In this document: positions 36,237-40,372 of the stretch, in pieces
Layout of the letters: every line of letters begins with the position of its first letter
How positions within the stretch are numbered: the first letter of the stretch is position 1
Assembly (NCBI GenBank): GCA_032718475.1
Contig: JAUCBJ010001787.1
Coordinates: 1-40,372 of the forward strand
DNA length: 40,372 nt
Direction of reading: 5' to 3'
From: Nemertoderma westbladi
Lineage: Eukaryota; Animalia; Xenacoelomorpha
Translations under genes and position numbers: made by a program
Notes under the pieces: model-generated
The model's input: the letters and a program-made list of their open reading frames with translations, nothing else
What the model was told of the DNA's origin: nothing
Database searches by the model: none

Positions 36237-36695
36237 ATGAATACCGACACTCAACAAAACCAACGCTTATCACAGGTCGGTATGGTTACCTCGAAACCGG
36301 CGCGACTGTCCACTCGAATACAACTTCAAAACACAAACGCCAACAATAAACTGAAAGCGAATCGAACGTCTTCAGAAGAATCTGTCATTGGGACGAAGAA
36401 AAGGAAGCCGAAACCACGGGAATGGACCACAGCTAAGATTGAATGCTCCCATTGTCAGAGTTCCTGGACCGAAATTGAAACACCAATTGCCGATGGGCTT
36501 GATCTCTCAAACCAAAACTTCCTCTGCGGGGTTTGTGCGGCAGTAAAGATTGAAAGTCTGGAAGCTGGCATCCCTAGGTATTATTATTATAAAGAGCGTC
36601 AGCCTGCGTTTAATAAATATATTTTAATACAAAACAGGTCGAACGCAAAGAGGCTTATAATGAAGACGAGTACTGCATTGATTATATTCCTATAA
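36237..36695 (+). CDS. Truncated zinc-finger ORF, resembling the N-terminus of CR1/L2-type LINE ORF1
   Basis: Basic patch KKRKPKPR, then IECSHC...FLCGVC followed by KIESLE. Composition turns AT-rich after ~36575, suggesting truncation. Confidence 0.45.
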   Translation: MNTDTQQNQRLSQVGMVTSKPARLSTRIQLQNTNANNKLKANRTSSEESVIGTKKRKPKPREWTTAKIECSHCQSSWTEIETPIADGLDLSNQNFLCGVCAAVKIESLEAGIPRYYYYKERQPAFNKYILIQNRSNAKRLIMKTSTALIIFL

Positions 36696-38420
36696 ACCAC
36701 CTGGCTTTGCATATTGAACGTGCGTTTGGAAATAAGTTCGTGCTACCCTTCCGTGGGTGGTAGATGTCGCGGTTATGTATTGGTGGGTGGGGGAGGGGGG
36801 GGGGGGTGCAGATTAAAAGGGGTGAACATGTACTGTCCCCCTTTCTTTGATTAATTGGTGGTGTGGGTTAATCTCTCATAACCTGATTTTGTGATACAGT
36901 CGCACAATTTTAATTTGTATCTCATAACTGGGCCTCGTGCTGCGCGAAGGTCCCACGAACGTGTTGTATACGCATATCTGGAAATCACACGTCGTGTGCC
37001 CAAATGGCTCAATCAGAAGCGCGCCAGACACTCAATCTGGAAGTTGTGGTTTCTAATCTTACAATAGAGTTAGTAGTTATTTCGTAAATTGTCTTAAATT
37101 TATAAAAGTTTCTAAAGTTTTTTTTTTTTTTGCTCATTTAGAGGTTAAGTATACGTTGTTTTTGGAAGCATACGCACTGTAAAACCTATGTACTTCTGCT
37201 TGGGGCAGTGTTTTGATTATTGTGAGGCAGCAAATTTAACTGTTTCCAGGGTATCAGAAATCTATTTTGCGATAATAATATTTGGCAAATTTTATTTAAT
37301 ATTTACTGCATCCAAACATATCAATTTGTAGAACGGCTGCTTATTGCATCAGCCGGAATAATATTCGTTTCCTAATATTTTGTAATAATTATGGTTATAC
37401 TGAGTTAGCCACATACTCAGCTTTCCTAAATGTCTGTGTATTAGGTTTTATACCAAATAACTTCGACATTTAATTCATCATGAAAAGTTTGTAGCTCTAG
37501 CCGTTTTGGGATGACTATTATAGATTCACTCTGTAGTCTATGAAAATAACATCGCACTAAATGTCAGACCACCAAGGGATTTTATTTACCACCTTTGATT
37601 TACTTAAAATGCTTGTGGCAGAATCTAACACAAGTCCTATGTAGAATGATTTATTTGTGTTTCTATTAGGATTGACAGATTACTTCGATTTTCAAGACTT
37701 TTGCGGATAAAATTAATAATGTATTTCAATGGGGGCTGTTATGTTATTTATTGTTAATTATAAATTTTTAATTATATAATCTCTCTTTATGTGATAAGTT
37801 AGAATTATGCGTTAGGACCATATTTTCAAAATTATATTAGTGAATAATTTAAATTAACTAACTATTTATGATGTACTACACTAAAATATTCATACGCGGT
37901 AATCTCATTGACCAATGGCTCATCGCCTGTTAACTATTTGTATCGTTTTTTTAAAACTAAATTATTATAAATTTATCATAATGTAAATATAATACATTTG
38001 GCGGCCTTTGATGGGTCGCAATTATTAGTATATTTAATTTTATCTTTCAACACCATCATATATCTTCCTCGATGTGCTTTTAATTCAACGGGTGGGCTCT
38101 CAACTGATCATCCATGACGTAGTTAGGAAAATCTTCTCTTCTCGATGAAGGGCGCCAAGCCACGGTGACAGGTATGCGGGGATGCAGTGTGTGACGTCAA
38201 ACCGTTACTTGAGCACAGTGCGGCACGAAACGTTACATTACTGGGGTTATTATATAGCAGGGCGTATGGGTGTCATATGTATGTATGGGGTTGTTTAAGG
38301 TAAATTAGTCCGTGATTGTGTTAGTTGTATATATGTCGGTAAGTGTTGGTTAATCCGTCTGTTTAGTTATGTAAATTTTATTTAATCTTTATAAATCTAA
38401 GTCTGCCTTTGTTGTATCAT

Positions 38421-38592
38421 CACATCCCTTTCTTTCATCTCATATTTCATATCCCAGATTCCACATCCCTTTCTTTCCTCTCATATTTCATATCCCAGAT
38501 TCCACATCCCTTTCTTTCCTCTCATATTTCATATCCCAGATTCCACATCCCTTTCTTTCCTCTCATATTTCATATCCCAGATTCTACATCCC
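38421..38592. repeat. 41-bp pyrimidine-rich tandem repeat, about 4.2 copies
   Basis: CACATCCCTTTCTTTCCTCTCATATTTCATATCCCAGATTC at 38421, 38462, 38503 and 38544. Confidence 0.95.
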
Positions 38593-39419
38593 CCTTTTTC
38601 TTCTCACATCCCACATCCTATCTTCTTATCTTATTCTACTGTTGGGTTGTGACATGGTTTCTGTGTGTCTGTTGTGCAAGTGTAAAAATTAGATGGACAC
38701 CTAAGTATGTTCTTTACACTAAGTTCACGGCACCTAGTTAGGACCATTAGTTTCACAACTTCAGAATAATTTGTGTTATTTAGTTTGCAGTTTTATTAGG
38801 GGATTTAGACGGGAAGGATTCTATTTGACGCTAAGGGCCAGGAACTCGGTAAGTGCTTGAACCTTTCTACCTGTTGACTGCTTTCATATGACCACTTGAC
38901 CTCGACTTATCACTACAGTACTTGTCTCTCCCATATGCGTGTGACTTGAGTTACATTTTAACAGTTTATAACTGCACTATGACATCGGCTCAGATTTATA
39001 TTTAAAGGCTTTTACTTTTACTTGGACAACAGATTGGGTTTTCTTGCATGTGTGTGTCCGTAGTCCGTGAATTCTTCCTGCTATAATATCGGTACTATTC
39101 AGCCATTATTTGTCACCACTCTCTCTCTTTTGGCAAAAATTATTAAGTTGCGTAATTTTCGCTAGTCAGAATTATTATTGTAAATGCACATTGCGTCCGC
39201 GCGACTGGCAATCGCGCCTTTCGTCCTATTGGTTTATTAGGGAGCTATTTGATTTATTTATTGATATTTGGTTTGTCGTTTATACATATGTGCCCTTCGG
39301 GGGGTTTATTGCAAATTGTTAGGCAAGAACCCTGATAACAAAATCGGCACATGTTTGGATGTATTACAAAACAACATCGATTGATGATGTATTACACATT
39401 GATACAGCATTGATACAAA

Positions 39420-40372
39420 ATCTACAGGGAGTAGAGACCTTGTAGGGTGTCCAAATACTCGCTGTGAAGGTGACAATCCGTCCTTGTTTGGAGTATTCAA
39501 TAATTCGATCATACCAGCTATATATTCATCGCTTGTAATATCACCTCCTGTTTTTGCTAATAAATATTTCATTTTCTTGTTCCCTTTTGGGTATGTAGGA
39601 GAAGATGGTGACCAAGTAATTCCCCATTGTTTAAAGAAGAACTGCATTTCTTCTGAAGCAAATTGAGGACCTTGATCTGAAGACAACTCATTTGGAATAC
39701 CAGTCATAGAAAAGTAACGTTTGAACACAGAAATTGTATCAGTAGATGATGGATGGCTAACAAATTTTTCTGTTGTAGTATATCCTGAATATCTGTCAGC
39801 TATAATAATGTAATGTAGACCCGCATATTCATAAAAATCTTTCGATACAGATACAAAATGCTCTTGGTGGAATATCCCGTTGTAACATTGGCTCCTGGAT
39901 TTGTGACGGGCGGTAGAGTTGACAATCATGACATGATTCAATTGTTTTAATTATGTCATATGTATATCCTAGCCAATATACAGTTTGTCTTGCACGATGT
40001 TTAGTTTTTTCAATACCTTGATGGCTAGCATGTAATCGATGTAATATATTTTTTACTGAATTTGGTGGTATTACAATTTGACAGCCACGGAGAACTAAAT
40101 TGTCATCTAATGACAGTTCGTCTTTAATGTTTTTAAACTGTTCAATGTAGTCAGACTTAATAGAAGATGGGAAATCATTTAAAATTGCAAGAATAAGTTG
40201 TCTGTAATCTGGGTCTTTTTGAGCATTTTCTCGAAGGTCAACTAATATTAGATCAGGTATTTCATTTGCAGAAGTTATTGCGACATTAACAATCAATTCT
40301 GATTGTTCAGCGATAAGTTCATCAATGAAATAGTCGTCTTCCTGTGGTTCACTCGTCGGGGCCCTTGAAAGG
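39420..40372 (-). pseudogene. Gypsy/Ty3 LTR retrotransposon pol fragment (tether and integrase), running off the window end
   Basis: LSRAP, LHASHQGIEKTK, YW.G, CHDC, DFYEYAG, DRYSGY, SDQGPQF and SSPTYPKGN motifs. Frameshift near 39855; the segment with the catalytic Glu appears deleted after GN. Confidence 0.92.

Noticed and set aside
38409-38741. 110-aa ORF
   Set aside because: Mostly a translation of the 41-bp tandem repeat.
38188-38757. Possible solo LTR (TGTGA...TCACA, TATA-like motif, 41-bp repeats)
   Set aside because: No TSD, no partner copy and no adjacent PBS could be confirmed.

Overview
AT-rich eukaryotic (probably invertebrate animal) DNA made almost entirely of nested transposable elements; no host gene is recognisable. 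An old BEL/Pao LTR retrotransposon (B, ~1698-26850, + strand) is interrupted by three insertions. These are a 14.8-kb BEL/Pao element (A, 4080-18922, near-identical LTRs, 5-bp TSD GAGCG), a TTAA-specific piggyBac-like non-autonomous element (21957-23231) and an antisense 5'-truncated RTE LINE (23722-25000). B's reading frame rejoins across all three. A keeps gag/PR/RT/RH but lacks the integrase core and carries a 3.1-kb 3' region with tandem RNA hairpins and a decayed non-env accessory ORF. B keeps RT/RH/IN, but its gag/protease appears decayed almost beyond recognition. The window opens with a CCCAG-TIR DNA transposon (3-1695). Downstream of B are a hAT-like element with cargo (27489-29318) and a 6.7-kb foldback element (29507-36177). 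The foldback has AGTAGT...ACTACT ends and a 6-bp TATACC duplication (Polinton/Maverick hallmarks), and its whole interior is two head-to-head GTGAGG-core satellites. The window ends with a zinc-finger ORF fragment and a Gypsy integrase fragment. All comparisons were done by eye; no database searches were run.
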